NCBI GenBank assembly: GCA_035402805.1
Contig: DAONDY010000002.1
Coordinates: 49,801 to 113,800 of the forward strand
DNA: 64,000 nt
Origin: Candidatus Woesebacteria bacterium
GTDB lineage: Bacteria > Patescibacteriota > Microgenomatia > UBA12405
Direction of reading: 5' to 3'
The translations under genes and the position numbers were made by a program. Shown here piece by piece: positions 7,859 through 17,791 of this stretch; the stretch's first letter is position 1; every line of letters starts with the position of its first letter. Below the pieces are notes generated by a model. That model saw only the letters and a list, made by a program, of their open reading frames with translations. It had not been told where the DNA came from and searched no databases.

Positions 7859-8275
7859 ATGGTAAACTCGTTTATGGATATGACTGAAAATTTAATAGCA
7901 CCATGTGGAATGAATTGTAGTCTTTGTTTGGGATATCAAAGAGAAAAAAATAAATGCCCGGGATGCAGAAAAGTAGATGCTTATGAATCTAGTTGCGGCA
8001 GAAAATGTATTATAAGAAGTTGCCAAATTTTGAAAGAGAAAAAGATGACATTTTGCTCTGATAAATGTGAAAAATATCTATGTAAAAGACTTAAGGATTT
8101 AGATAAGAGATATAGAACAAAGTATAGAATGAGTATGGTTGAAAATTTGGAAGAAATTAAAAAATTGGGAATAAAAAAATTTTTAGAGAATCAAAAAAAG
8201 AAATGGACTTGTAAGAAATGCGGCGGTTTACTTTGTGTTCATAGAGATTTTTGTTTGAGCTGTAATAGTAAATAA
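7859..8275 (+). CDS. Cys-rich DUF3795-like protein
   Basis: IAPCGMNCSLC, CPGCR, CxxC motifs. Confidence 0.75.
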   Translation: MVNSFMDMTENLIAPCGMNCSLCLGYQREKNKCPGCRKVDAYESSCGRKCIIRSCQILKEKKMTFCSDKCEKYLCKRLKDLDKRYRTKYRMSMVENLEEIKKLGIKKFLENQKKKWTCKKCGGLLCVHRDFCLSCNSK

Positions 8276-8290
8276 TATTTATATTTTGAA

Positions 8291-9772
8291 ATGAACTTAC
8301 AAATTAATTTAATATCAAAAGGATATTCTGACCATCAAATATTAAAAGATGTCAGTTTTTCTATAAATTCTGGTGACAAAATTGGTTTAATTGGCATTAA
8401 TGGCAGTGGTAAAACTACTCTATTAAAAATAATCTCTGGATTAGAAAATCGTGATAATGGCCAGATAATAAAAAATCCAAGGAATCTATCTGTGGGATAT
8501 GTTCCACAGGTGACTGATTTTTATGAGGATAAAAATGTGGTTGATTTATTGGCAGAATCTCTTAATTTAGAGGAAGATGAAATTTATAAAATTTATGTTG
8601 TTTTAAATAAATTAAATATCGAAGAATTGGCCTTAAAAAGTTTTAAAACTTTATCAAGCGGTCAAAAAACAAAGATATATCTAGCAAGATTATTAATTCA
8701 AAATCCAGATATTTTATTATTGGACGAACCAACCAATCATCTAGATATTGAATCTTTGGAATGGTTGGAAAATTATTTAAGAAATTACCAGGGAGCTTTT
8801 TTAGTAATTTCTCATGACCGAAAATTTTTAGATAATACAGTTACAAAAATATTGGAATTGGAAAATGGGAAAATTAAAACTTATGGTGGTAATTATTCTT
8901 TTTACCGAAATCAAAAATTAATTGAATTTGAATCACAAAAGAGGAATTACATTGCTCAAGAAAAGAAAAAAGAAAGAATCTTAGAAAGAGTTAGAACTAT
9001 GAAAAACCAAACTCAACAATTGGAGGTGATAACGTCCGGGGCCGATCACTATAAAAGACATAAAGCGGCTAAATCAGCCAGCAGGGCTAAATCGACAGAA
9101 AAAATGTTAATTAAAGAATTAAATGAAAGCGGAATTGAAAAACCAGAGGAAGATATTGAGCTATCAATCTTATTTAGAACAAAAAAAGAGAGCAGCAAAT
9201 TGGTAGTATTTTTTGATAAAGTATCAAAAACATTTGATAAAACCCAAGTATTTTCAAACTTTTCTTTAGAAATAAATAGAGGTGAAAGAATAGCTTTAAT
9301 CGGACCTAATGGCAGCGGAAAATCAACATTAATCAACCTAATTTTGAAGAAAATTAATCCAACAGAGGGGAAAATTGAGCTTGGAAGTAATGTAGATATT
9401 GGATATTTACCACAGGAATATAATCAATTAAATTCAGAACTAAATCCAATTGATTATTTAGTAAAGACAAATGAAATTGATAAAACATCCGCATATAAAT
9501 TAGCAAAAAGATTTTTATTTACCGACGAGGATATAAAAAATCCAATTAATAAATTAAGCAGTGGACAAAAGTCAAAAATATTATTGGCTTCAATTATGGC
9601 TTCTGGGTCAAATTTCATCATATTAGATGAACCAACAAACTATTTAGATATTCCTTCAAGAGAAGCTTTGGAAGAGGCTTTGGTGTCTTATAAAGGAACT
9701 TTACTGGTGGTTTCTCATGATCGTTATTTTTTGAACAGAATTAACCTGACAAAAACGGTTAGCTTAGGTTAA
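8291..9772 (+). CDS. ABC-F family ATPase (ribosome-associated)
   Basis: Two NBDs (GINGSGKT, LSSGQ, LDEPTNHLD; GPNGSGKS, LDEPTNYLD), no TM segments. Confidence 0.92.
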   Translation: MNLQINLISKGYSDHQILKDVSFSINSGDKIGLIGINGSGKTTLLKIISGLENRDNGQIIKNPRNLSVGYVPQVTDFYEDKNVVDLLAESLNLEEDEIYKIYVVLNKLNIEELALKSFKTLSSGQKTKIYLARLLIQNPDILLLDEPTNHLDIESLEWLENYLRNYQGAFLVISHDRKFLDNTVTKILELENGKIKTYGGNYSFYRNQKLIEFESQKRNYIAQEKKKERILERVRTMKNQTQQLEVITSGADHYKRHKAAKSASRAKSTEKMLIKELNESGIEKPEEDIELSILFRTKKESSKLVVFFDKVSKTFDKTQVFSNFSLEINRGERIALIGPNGSGKSTLINLILKKINPTEGKIELGSNVDIGYLPQEYNQLNSELNPIDYLVKTNEIDKTSAYKLAKRFLFTDEDIKNPINKLSSGQKSKILLASIMASGSNFIILDEPTNYLDIPSREALEEALVSYKGTLLVVSHDRYFLNRINLTKTVSLG

Positions 9773-9788
9773 GTGATATAATTTTTTT

Positions 9789-10259
9789 ATGAAAGAAGAA
9801 ATTTGTTGTCCAAAGTTTGATCCAAAACCTTGGGATGAAAAGGTTTTTGAATGGAAAAATAAAAAATTTGTTAAGGCTAAGGTGTTTACTTTGTTCTTTA
9901 TGCCAGTAAATTTTGGACCAGTTATGTCTAAATTAATGCAGAGAGTAGGAAAAAATATTTCAAAGGAGATGATGTGTTTATCTGATCACACTTCCAAATG
10001 GAATATGAATATTTATGTGTCTGTGGATAAAGAAGTCGATGAAGCTGAAAATGTAACATTAAATGGAAAATATTTAAGTAAAGTTTACGAGGGCGATTTT
10101 AAAGACACAGGAAAATGGTGTGAAGATTATAAAAATTACGCAAAAGCAAAAAAAATGAAAATAAAGAAATGGTATATGTGGTACACCACCTGTCCAAAAT
10201 GTGCAAAAAAGTATGGAAAGAATTATGTGGCGATAATTAATGAGGTCGAGAACGAATAA
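9789..10259 (+). CDS. Conserved hypothetical protein (GyrI-like/putative hydrolase)
   Basis: CCPKFDP..WD and YTTCPKCAKKYGKNY conserved-looking termini. Confidence 0.6.
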   Translation: MKEEICCPKFDPKPWDEKVFEWKNKKFVKAKVFTLFFMPVNFGPVMSKLMQRVGKNISKEMMCLSDHTSKWNMNIYVSVDKEVDEAENVTLNGKYLSKVYEGDFKDTGKWCEDYKNYAKAKKMKIKKWYMWYTTCPKCAKKYGKNYVAIINEVENE

Positions 10260-10274
10260 AGTATTATTCGCCTT

Positions 10275-10910
10275 TTATTTATTAGAAAAGAGTTTTACAA
10301 ACCAACCAAATAACCCATTTACTTGTTTTTCACTAGAAATTTTTTCTTCTAAAGAATTGTTTTGATTAAGTATCAGATTAATGGTCTCTTGAAGTTGTTG
10401 TAAATCAGCTTGGTTTTTTGTTTTAGTTTTCATTTCTTCTAATTGCTGAATAGTTTGTTTATTTTCTTCAGTCATTTTTCCTAAAGCCTGAACAATCTTT
10501 TTATCACTACCAACAAAGAGACGGATGAGTTGTCCTCTATTTTTGAGTTCATAATAAGAAGATTTTATTTTTTCCTGAACTTTTTCTTGATTTTGAGCGA
10601 TTTCTCTAACTTGTTGACCAATTCCCCCCTTAGCTCCTACAGTTTCAATTAATTGATGAACCTGATCGGAAACTTTAGTTAAGCTGTCATCAACAGATTG
10701 ATTTAATTGTTCACTTTCTTGGGTTTTAATATTATTTTTTTGACTTTCGCCTTGATTTTGAGTTTTAATCTCGTTAGTATTTTTAACTTGATTACCAGTT
10801 GGAGAAACAACTGTTTGGCCTTGTTGACCTTGAACTTCAGTTGAATTTTTGGCTAAAGCGGGAGTGATGGTTAATAAAAATAAAAAAGACAAAATCAAAT
10901 ATTTTTTCAT
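10275..10910 (-). CDS. Secreted Gln-rich coiled-coil protein
   Basis: Signal peptide, Q/E-rich helices, C-terminal GLFGWF. Confidence 0.7.
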   Translation of the reverse strand: MKKYLILSFLFLLTITPALAKNSTEVQGQQGQTVVSPTGNQVKNTNEIKTQNQGESQKNNIKTQESEQLNQSVDDSLTKVSDQVHQLIETVGAKGGIGQQVREIAQNQEKVQEKIKSSYYELKNRGQLIRLFVGSDKKIVQALGKMTEENKQTIQQLEEMKTKTKNQADLQQLQETINLILNQNNSLEEKISSEKQVNGLFGWFVKLFSNK

Positions 10911-10992
10911 GATAAAAAATGAATAAATAATTATATTAATAATAGCATTTTACAAAAAAGATTAATAAAAAATTATTTAAATTTAGTAAAAT

Positions 10993-11346
10993 GTGATTAG
11001 TTATATGAAAACAATAAAATGGACAGCTCGAATAATTGCTTTGTGTGTTTTGGCTTTTGCTTTGCCATTTTATTTTGGCTACGGCAATCCTCTACCATTT
11101 ATTAATCCTGATTACTCTTTATGGGAAAACGTGACTTTAACTATGGTTCCATTGATTTTTATTGGTCTAGTTTTGGGTTGGAAATATCCTAAATTTGGAG
11201 GATGGTTGGTAACTATTACTGTAATAATTGTTTTTATTGTTGGATTTTTAACAGAAGCCAATCTTAGTATTAATTTGGCTGTTCCTCTTATCCCAGGAAT
11301 TTTATTTTTAATAAATGGATATAAAAAAAGTAATCAATCTTCATGA
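10993..11346 (+). CDS. Small 4-TM membrane protein
   Basis: Four hydrophobic segments; start probably ATG at about 11005. Confidence 0.7.
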   Translation: MISYMKTIKWTARIIALCVLAFALPFYFGYGNPLPFINPDYSLWENVTLTMVPLIFIGLVLGWKYPKFGGWLVTITVIIVFIVGFLTEANLSINLAVPLIPGILFLINGYKKSNQSS

Positions 11347-11360
11347 TAGACTGATTTAAA

Positions 11361-11972
11361 ATGATAAAAGCTATAATTTTTGATTTTGGAAATGTAATTT
11401 GTAGATTTGATAATGATATTTATAGAGCGAAAATTGCCGAGATAACAGGAAAAAAGATAGAAGATATTAAAGATTCAATTTTTAGAAATTCTGATATTTT
11501 ATATAAATTTGAAACAGGGTTGATTTCCAACCAAGATTTTTTTAAAGAATTATCAAAAATTTGTGGACTAAATATTCCATATGATCAATTAAAGGAAATT
11601 TATTCTAAAGATAAATTTACCCATATTGAAGGAATGACCGATTTAATTAAAAAATTGCAAAAAAAATACAAAATCGGATTATTATCTAATACAAGTTCTT
11701 GGGATTATGACTACATTTTAAAAGAGGCACCGATAATAAAAACCTTTGACACAATAACAACTTCTTTTGGAGTAAAAGCAATGAAACCAAGTCCAAAAAT
11801 TTTTGAAGATGCATTAAATAAATTAAAGTTAAAAGCAGAAGAATGTGTTTATACTGATGATATTTTGGAATATATAGAAGCGGCAGAAAAATTAGGGATT
11901 AAAGCAGTTCATTTTACAACAACAGAAAATTTTAAATCTGATTTGAAAAATCTAGGAGTGGAAATAGAATAA
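11361..11972 (+). CDS. HAD-superfamily phosphatase
   Basis: IIFDFGNV, LSNT, KPSPKIF, YTDD. Confidence 0.9.
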   Translation: MIKAIIFDFGNVICRFDNDIYRAKIAEITGKKIEDIKDSIFRNSDILYKFETGLISNQDFFKELSKICGLNIPYDQLKEIYSKDKFTHIEGMTDLIKKLQKKYKIGLLSNTSSWDYDYILKEAPIIKTFDTITTSFGVKAMKPSPKIFEDALNKLKLKAEECVYTDDILEYIEAAEKLGIKAVHFTTTENFKSDLKNLGVEIE

Positions 11973-11973
11973 A

Positions 11974-12558
11974 TTATTGCTGAAATTGATTTATAAATTC
12001 ACTAAAATCAGTGAATTTGATATCTTTGGGAACAGAAAAATCGGCTTCATTAATAGTGGTTGGCTGACAGTTGTAGCTTAGCTCTTGGTCTAAATCAACA
12101 CGATTAGAAGCAACTTGCATATTATCATCACTGGTCGAATCTGATTGTTGATCAAGTTTCATTTTAAAAGCCATATTGTCAGTGGTGGAATCATTTGACC
12201 AGGTATAAAGCCATTCACCGTCACTAACGCTGATAAATTCACTTAGTCCAGTGGGGCTTTCAACTTTAATAGTCTGTTTAAATTTATTACCACTAATTAT
12301 AATTTCGCCTTGACCATTCCCCTGTTCACCAGAGGTTTGCCAGGTACATTTTTGGGCAATATTTTTGGCTAATAGTTCTCTTAAGGAGAAAGTAGATTTT
12401 TCCTGTTTTGGGGAAGAAGTTGGGGTTACAGAGGCAATATTATCGCTTCCCTTTTGGAGACCACAAGCAGAAAATAAAAAAGCGGAACAAAAAATTAAAG
12501 CTAAAGTAGTTAGTTTTTTCATTGTTAATTTAATTTTTAAACTAATTAATTTTAACAT
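11974..12558 (-). CDS. Putative lipoprotein
   Basis: MKKLTT...FLFSAC lipobox; true start likely at the MKK methionine. Confidence 0.75.
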   Translation of the reverse strand: MLKLISLKIKLTMKKLTTLALIFCSAFLFSACGLQKGSDNIASVTPTSSPKQEKSTFSLRELLAKNIAQKCTWQTSGEQGNGQGEIIISGNKFKQTIKVESPTGLSEFISVSDGEWLYTWSNDSTTDNMAFKMKLDQQSDSTSDDNMQVASNRVDLDQELSYNCQPTTINEADFSVPKDIKFTDFSEFINQFQQ

Positions 12559-12588
12559 TTTGCTATAGTTGATTTAAAAAGTGTAAAA

Positions 12589-13053
12589 TTGGTTAATATG
12601 ACAACAAATAAAAATTGGAAAACAATATTGATGGATTTAGAAAATAGGCTCTCCGAATTTTTTACTAAAAAATTACCTGCAATACCTGATAAATTTAAAG
12701 AAATGATTGTAAAATACGGACCTTATTTGGCTTTAGTTGGAATAATTTTTTCAATACCAGCGTTATTGGCTTTGGTGGGAATTGGAGCAGTAGCGGCACC
12801 TTGGGCTATAGTTGGTAAAGTAAATTATGGAATAACAGCAATATCATTAGTCTTTGGAGTATTGATGATTGTTTTAGAAATAATGGCAATAAAAGGATTA
12901 TTTGCTAGAAAAATGAAAGCTTGGAAATTAATGTTTTATATTTCTTTAATTAGCGCCGTTTCAAATTTATTGCGATTTAATTTGGGTGGGTTAATTATCG
13001 GAACTGGAATATCTTGGTATATATTGTTCCAGATTAGAAGCTACTATAAATAA
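12589..13053 (+). CDS. Membrane protein
   Basis: Several hydrophobic helices. Confidence 0.7.
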   Translation: MVNMTTNKNWKTILMDLENRLSEFFTKKLPAIPDKFKEMIVKYGPYLALVGIIFSIPALLALVGIGAVAAPWAIVGKVNYGITAISLVFGVLMIVLEIMAIKGLFARKMKAWKLMFYISLISAVSNLLRFNLGGLIIGTGISWYILFQIRSYYK

Positions 13054-14139
13054 CTAGCGAGTAATCACAAAAGATTCCACTTCATCTTTTAATTTCTTGG
13101 CATCTAAATTATTGGTAAAATAGTCTCTGACTGGAGAAATTAATTCATCTAAGTATCTGGATAAATTTTCTTTTAGATCAAGAGGATAGATCTCCCCTTT
13201 TTGATAGGCCGATTCTAATTCATGGTAAGAATTAAAAACGAGATCGCCACCAAATTTTTCTTCTCTTTTAATTTCAACTTGGGAGAATTTGGCAAAAACA
13301 ATATATTTAAAATATTCTAAAACTGGATTAATCGAAATATCGTTTGGCGGACAATAAGCTTTTTTGATTTTGGAATAAATCTCGTCTTTAGTGTCAGTCA
13401 TAAAAATAGCTGAATCTGGTTTTGATTTAGACATTTTTAAGGCGACAGTCTGATCTTCCTTTGAATCGGCAGAATTAATTTTGTCGACTGGAGGTTGAAG
13501 ACTCATTAACATGTGATGATGGACAGCGGCTGGTTTTTTGAGATTTAGCTCATCAGCGATTTGACGGGCAAGCATATTAACTTTGCGTTGATCCATGCCC
13601 AATTGAGCAATATCGACGTTCAAATAAAAAATATCAGCGGCCTGCATACAAGGATAAATAATTTGGGCTGCAGAAAGAGTGTCTGATTCGTTTCTGCCCA
13701 TAATTTGGGAACAACGAACTATACGATTAAGAGTACTGGCTTTAGCAATCTTTAAAACTAAAAGCCAATATTCTGGATTTTTGACCAAATCTGACGATCG
13801 AATAATTTCAACCTTAGAAATATCAAGACCACAAGCTTTCCAAACTTCAATAAAATACTGGCCGGTTTTTTCAATTTTAGTCATGTCGCCACCAAGTTTA
13901 TTGTTGGCATAAGCATGCCAATCGGCAACTAAAAGTTTAAATTTAACACCAGCTTGAAGAAGTTTTTGAATATTAATGGCACGAAGTAAACCTTGGGCAA
14001 TATGAATTTTTCCAGATGGTTCAAAACCATCATAGGCAATTAACTCTTTACCGGCTTTTAATTTGGATTCGATTTCATCTAGACCAATAATTTCTTCGCC
14101 AACTTCTTGAATTAGTTTTAATTTTTCTTGAATATCCAT
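13054..14139 (-). CDS. tyrS: Tyrosyl-tRNA synthetase, archaeal/eukaryal type
   Basis: AYDGFEPSGKIHIAQG, YPCMQAADI, GMDQRK, KMSKS; 361 aa, no bacterial S4 domain. Confidence 0.92.
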   Translation of the reverse strand: MDIQEKLKLIQEVGEEIIGLDEIESKLKAGKELIAYDGFEPSGKIHIAQGLLRAINIQKLLQAGVKFKLLVADWHAYANNKLGGDMTKIEKTGQYFIEVWKACGLDISKVEIIRSSDLVKNPEYWLLVLKIAKASTLNRIVRCSQIMGRNESDTLSAAQIIYPCMQAADIFYLNVDIAQLGMDQRKVNMLARQIADELNLKKPAAVHHHMLMSLQPPVDKINSADSKEDQTVALKMSKSKPDSAIFMTDTKDEIYSKIKKAYCPPNDISINPVLEYFKYIVFAKFSQVEIKREEKFGGDLVFNSYHELESAYQKGEIYPLDLKENLSRYLDELISPVRDYFTNNLDAKKLKDEVESFVITR

Positions 14140-14160
14140 GAATGTATTATAGCTTAAAAT

Positions 14161-14214
14161 CCTCTCTGTCTCTCAACAAGCTCGAGACATCTCCCCTTAA
14201 CAAAGGGAGAAGTC
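14161..14214 (+). repeat. Repeat family A, copy 2
   Basis: CCTCTCTGTCTC...GAGACATCTCCCCTTAACAAAGGGAGAAGTC. Confidence 0.9.
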
Positions 14215-14234
14215 TTTTGTGGTAATATTCGGCT

Positions 14235-14798
14235 ATGAAATTGCTAATACATGCCTGTTGTGCAGATTGTCTATTAAAAATGGTGGAATCAATTAAATCA
14301 GAAAATAAATTTGATGAAATTCAGGTTTATTATTACAATCCAAATATTCATCCGAGATCAGAATATCAATCGAGATTAAAGGCAATACAATTAATGGTTG
14401 GTGATTTAAAAATGATAGTGGCTGATTGGAAACCAAGTGATTATTTTGAAGTTGTAAACCTCTCTCCGGATAAACCGGGATCTCTCCTTAACAAGGAGAG
14501 AAGTCTTCAAAAAGGGGTAAGATGTGAGAAATGTTGGAGGTTAAGATTAGAAAGGACGGCAAAGTTTGCAAAAGAAAATGGATTCGATGGTTTTAGCTCA
14601 ACATTATTAACAAGTGAATATCAAAATTCAGAAATGATTGAAAAAATTGGTGAAGAAATCTCCAAAAAATATAAAATTAAGTTTTTAATTCCTAAAAAGA
14701 TTTGTAAAAAATTAGAAACTAAGGGATTTTATAAACAAGTATTTTGCGGTTGCTGTTACTCCTTAGTAGAAAGGTTTGAAGAAAAGTTTAAGGGCTGA
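14235..14798 (+). CDS. queH: Epoxyqueuosine reductase QueH (DUF208)
   Basis: LLIHACCADC, YNPNIHP..EY..R, RCEKCWRLRL..TA, CGCCYS. Confidence 0.85.
   Translation: MKLLIHACCADCLLKMVESIKSENKFDEIQVYYYNPNIHPRSEYQSRLKAIQLMVGDLKMIVADWKPSDYFEVVNLSPDKPGSLLNKERSLQKGVRCEKCWRLRLERTAKFAKENGFDGFSSTLLTSEYQNSEMIEKIGEEISKKYKIKFLIPKKICKKLETKGFYKQVFCGCCYSLVERFEEKFKG
14459..14505 (+). repeat. Repeat family A, copy 3, in-frame inside queH
   Basis: CCTCTCTCCGGATAAACCGGGATCTCTCCTTAACAAGGAGAGAAGTC. Confidence 0.85.
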
Positions 14799-16354
14799 AG
14801 ACGATCTTTTAGGTCAGATCTTAACCAATAATTAGTTTTTTTGTCATCTTTAATTACATTAATATAATTAGTTAAAAGATTGGGAAAGAAATCGGCATAG
14901 GCCTTTGGGTTATCTTTGTAAGCGACATTACCATAGTAAATTACAGCTGGCGGATTGTTTTTTAAGGCTGATAACCTCTCCTGTTTATATTCATTAATTT
15001 TTTCATACCAAGGGTACCAATAAGTAAAACGATCTAGAGGTAACCTCTGGGAAAAGAAATAAAGGTCTGGATCGTGAGGATAGACTAAAATTTTTTCGTC
15101 AGGCTTAGTTAATTTATTAATGTCCTCTCCAATTCTCTGACGATAGCTCCAAAAAACATCATAATTGTAAGCTAAATTTAGAGACTGCTTAAAAATTGGA
15201 GAAAAATCATGAGTAACAGTTATGAAACAAACTAAGACCAATATTCCAATAAATATTTTGGGAAATTTATTACGGAAAAAATAAAAAAAACTTAATAAAC
15301 AAACGGAAGAGAAAAGGAGTAAAGGATAAGAACCAAAATTAAAAATTGATCCCGGGTCGACCTTAACCTGACGAGACATTAGAGATAAAAATAAGATTAA
15401 AAAAACAATTTTATGAACAAACTTGGCTTTAAATAAAACAAAAAAAGAAAAGACTAAAAGAGTTAAATTCAAAATGAATTGATAAATTTGGGTGGAAGTG
15501 AAAAAGTGAGTCAATAGATAAAATTCATTTTTAAAAAAATCAATAATATTTTGAATAAACATGGAATTATTTCCTACTTGTTCTGGAAATTCATGCGAGT
15601 AGACATTGGAATTAAATAAAACTGCCTGTTGGAAAAAGCTAACTAATTGACCAGAAAAGGCAAAATAAATTAAAGGAATCAAATTAATGATTAAAGCGAT
15701 TAGAAAAGTTTTTAATCTTTTACCTGGTGGAGAGATAAGAATGGGAATTAAAATCAAAAAGACAAAAAGTGGTTGTGTCCAAGCTGCCATTGAAGCAAAA
15801 ATTATTAAAAGAAAACGGCTGTAAAAATTTAGATTTTGTTTATCAAAAAAAACGGGAATTAAAATCCATAAAATAGAGCTAATTAGAAGGGCGGTAAAAG
15901 TTTCACTTAAAAATAAGTTACCATGATAAAGGCTTAAAATTAGGCTCAAAAATATAATCCAAATAGAAAACATTAATCGAAATGAAGATTTTTTGAAAGT
16001 GAAAAAAGTAGAAATAAAAACCAGAAAATAAAACAAAGTCAAAGTAAAATGAAAATTAGTAATAGCTTTAGCAAAAGAAGCATGAACCCAAAAAGGAGAA
16101 GTTAAATAGGCTAGATAAAAAGGAAAAGGAAAATGGGTGGCAAAAATATTGGTATAGAGTTTCTGACCACGAGACATTAAATAAACAGCTGAAAGATGAT
16201 CCATTTCATCAAAATTGATCATAAAAGAGCGGACTAAATAAAAAACCACGACAAAAATTAAGAGTGAAAGTAAAAAGAAAAGCCAAGAAAACTTAATTTT
16301 CTTTAAAAGATTCATAATTAATATTATAAAGTTTATTTTGGCTATAATACTCAC
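14756..16354 (-). CDS. Polytopic membrane glycosyltransferase (GT-C-like)
   Basis: Many TM helices, NFDEMDH in first loop, C-terminal soluble domain. Confidence 0.7.
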   Translation of the reverse strand: MSIIAKINFIILIMNLLKKIKFSWLFFLLSLLIFVVVFYLVRSFMINFDEMDHLSAVYLMSRGQKLYTNIFATHFPFPFYLAYLTSPFWVHASFAKAITNFHFTLTLFYFLVFISTFFTFKKSSFRLMFSIWIIFLSLILSLYHGNLFLSETFTALLISSILWILIPVFFDKQNLNFYSRFLLIIFASMAAWTQPLFVFLILIPILISPPGKRLKTFLIALIINLIPLIYFAFSGQLVSFFQQAVLFNSNVYSHEFPEQVGNNSMFIQNIIDFFKNEFYLLTHFFTSTQIYQFILNLTLLVFSFFVLFKAKFVHKIVFLILFLSLMSRQVKVDPGSIFNFGSYPLLLFSSVCLLSFFYFFRNKFPKIFIGILVLVCFITVTHDFSPIFKQSLNLAYNYDVFWSYRQRIGEDINKLTKPDEKILVYPHDPDLYFFSQRLPLDRFTYWYPWYEKINEYKQERLSALKNNPPAVIYYGNVAYKDNPKAYADFFPNLLTNYINVIKDDKKTNYWLRSDLKDRLQPLNFSSNLSTKE

Positions 16355-16375
16355 TTAATTTGCTAAACTATACTA

Positions 16376-17791
16376 GTGAAATCAAAAATTAAAATTGGGG
16401 TTTTAATATTAGGATTGGCGTTATTGATCTGGTCTAGATTTTATAATCTAAAAATCAGTGCTAGGTTTTTATGGGACGAGTCGAGCGATTTAGTGAGAAT
16501 GCAAGAACTTTATCAGAATCCCCGACTAACTATGATTGGACCAATATCCGAAGATAATGTAAAAGTTTTTGGATCTTTAACTTATTATCTAACTTTACCG
16601 TTTGTGGCGATTTTTAAATTTTCTCCGGTCGGTGCGGCTTATGCAACAGCTTTTTTTGGGGTATTAACGGTAATTTTATTAATTTTAGTTTTTAGAAAAC
16701 TTAAAACGCCGATACCTTTAGCGACGATATTTGTCCTGTTGTTAACCAGTTATCCCTTGTTACAATCGGCAAGATGGGCTTGGAACCCTCATTTTGTACC
16801 CTTTTGGCAAGCTTTGGGGTTGTTAAGTTTTATATCTTGGGGAAATGTTGGAATATTTCTCTCGGGATTATTTTTTGGACTGACGATTCATCATCATTAT
16901 TACGCTTTATTTGCAGTAATAGGATTTGGATTAATTGTGGCTTGGAAAAAAGAACTAAGACTTAAAAAAATATTTTTATATTTATTAGGATTGGGAATGG
17001 CCATTTCCCCCTTTGTTTTATTTGATTTAACCCACCCACCGGGATTATTTTTTTCCAGAATGCTCGCCTTTGGCCATATATCAAATCAAGGTGGAGCTTT
17101 TAATGCGACAACGGTTTGGAATAATTTGATAAATACTCCTCTTAAATTTACAAATTATTTAAGCGGGTCTAATCAGATATTGGGGATAATTATTTTGATT
17201 TTAAGTATTTTAAATATTTTAAAATTAAAAAAAGATGAAAACCAAAAATTGATTTTGGTAGTAATAAGTCAATTTTTAGGTTTGGCTTTAATAAGCGGCC
17301 GAGTTGATGATCATTATTTGCTACCAGCGGTTATTTTTTATTATTTATGGATAATTGGTAGTTATAAAAAATCAGTAATTTCCAAAATACTGGTTTATAT
17401 TTTGATCATTTCAGGCATCATAGCCATGCCAGGATTAATTAATAGAAATAATTGGGAAACTAATATTAAAGCCAGCGAAGATATTACAAATTATGTAATT
17501 AGTAAGTGTCAGACTGATTGTAAAAAATATAATTTAGCAGTTTTGAGCAGCCCAGACATGAATACAAAAGGAAGAAGATATCGAGATTTACTTAAATTAA
17601 GTAATATAGAATTGGCAACAATCGATGATTATTCTGGACTTAAAGGAGCTTTTTTTGTTAGCTATGATGATTGGGAAAACTTAAAAAAAGATCCCTCTTA
17701 TGAAATTGATAATTATAGAAATTTAGAGCCGACAGAAATAAAATATATAAGCAATTCAAAATGGATAGTTTATTTTTTTGAACAAAAATGA
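16376..17791 (+). CDS. ArnT/PMT-family (GT-C) glycosyltransferase
   Basis: FLWDE..D, IGP, WNP motifs, multi-TM. Confidence 0.75.
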   Translation: MKSKIKIGVLILGLALLIWSRFYNLKISARFLWDESSDLVRMQELYQNPRLTMIGPISEDNVKVFGSLTYYLTLPFVAIFKFSPVGAAYATAFFGVLTVILLILVFRKLKTPIPLATIFVLLLTSYPLLQSARWAWNPHFVPFWQALGLLSFISWGNVGIFLSGLFFGLTIHHHYYALFAVIGFGLIVAWKKELRLKKIFLYLLGLGMAISPFVLFDLTHPPGLFFSRMLAFGHISNQGGAFNATTVWNNLINTPLKFTNYLSGSNQILGIIILILSILNILKLKKDENQKLILVVISQFLGLALISGRVDDHYLLPAVIFYYLWIIGSYKKSVISKILVYILIISGIIAMPGLINRNNWETNIKASEDITNYVISKCQTDCKKYNLAVLSSPDMNTKGRRYRDLLKLSNIELATIDDYSGLKGAFFVSYDDWENLKKDPSYEIDNYRNLEPTEIKYISNSKWIVYFFEQK

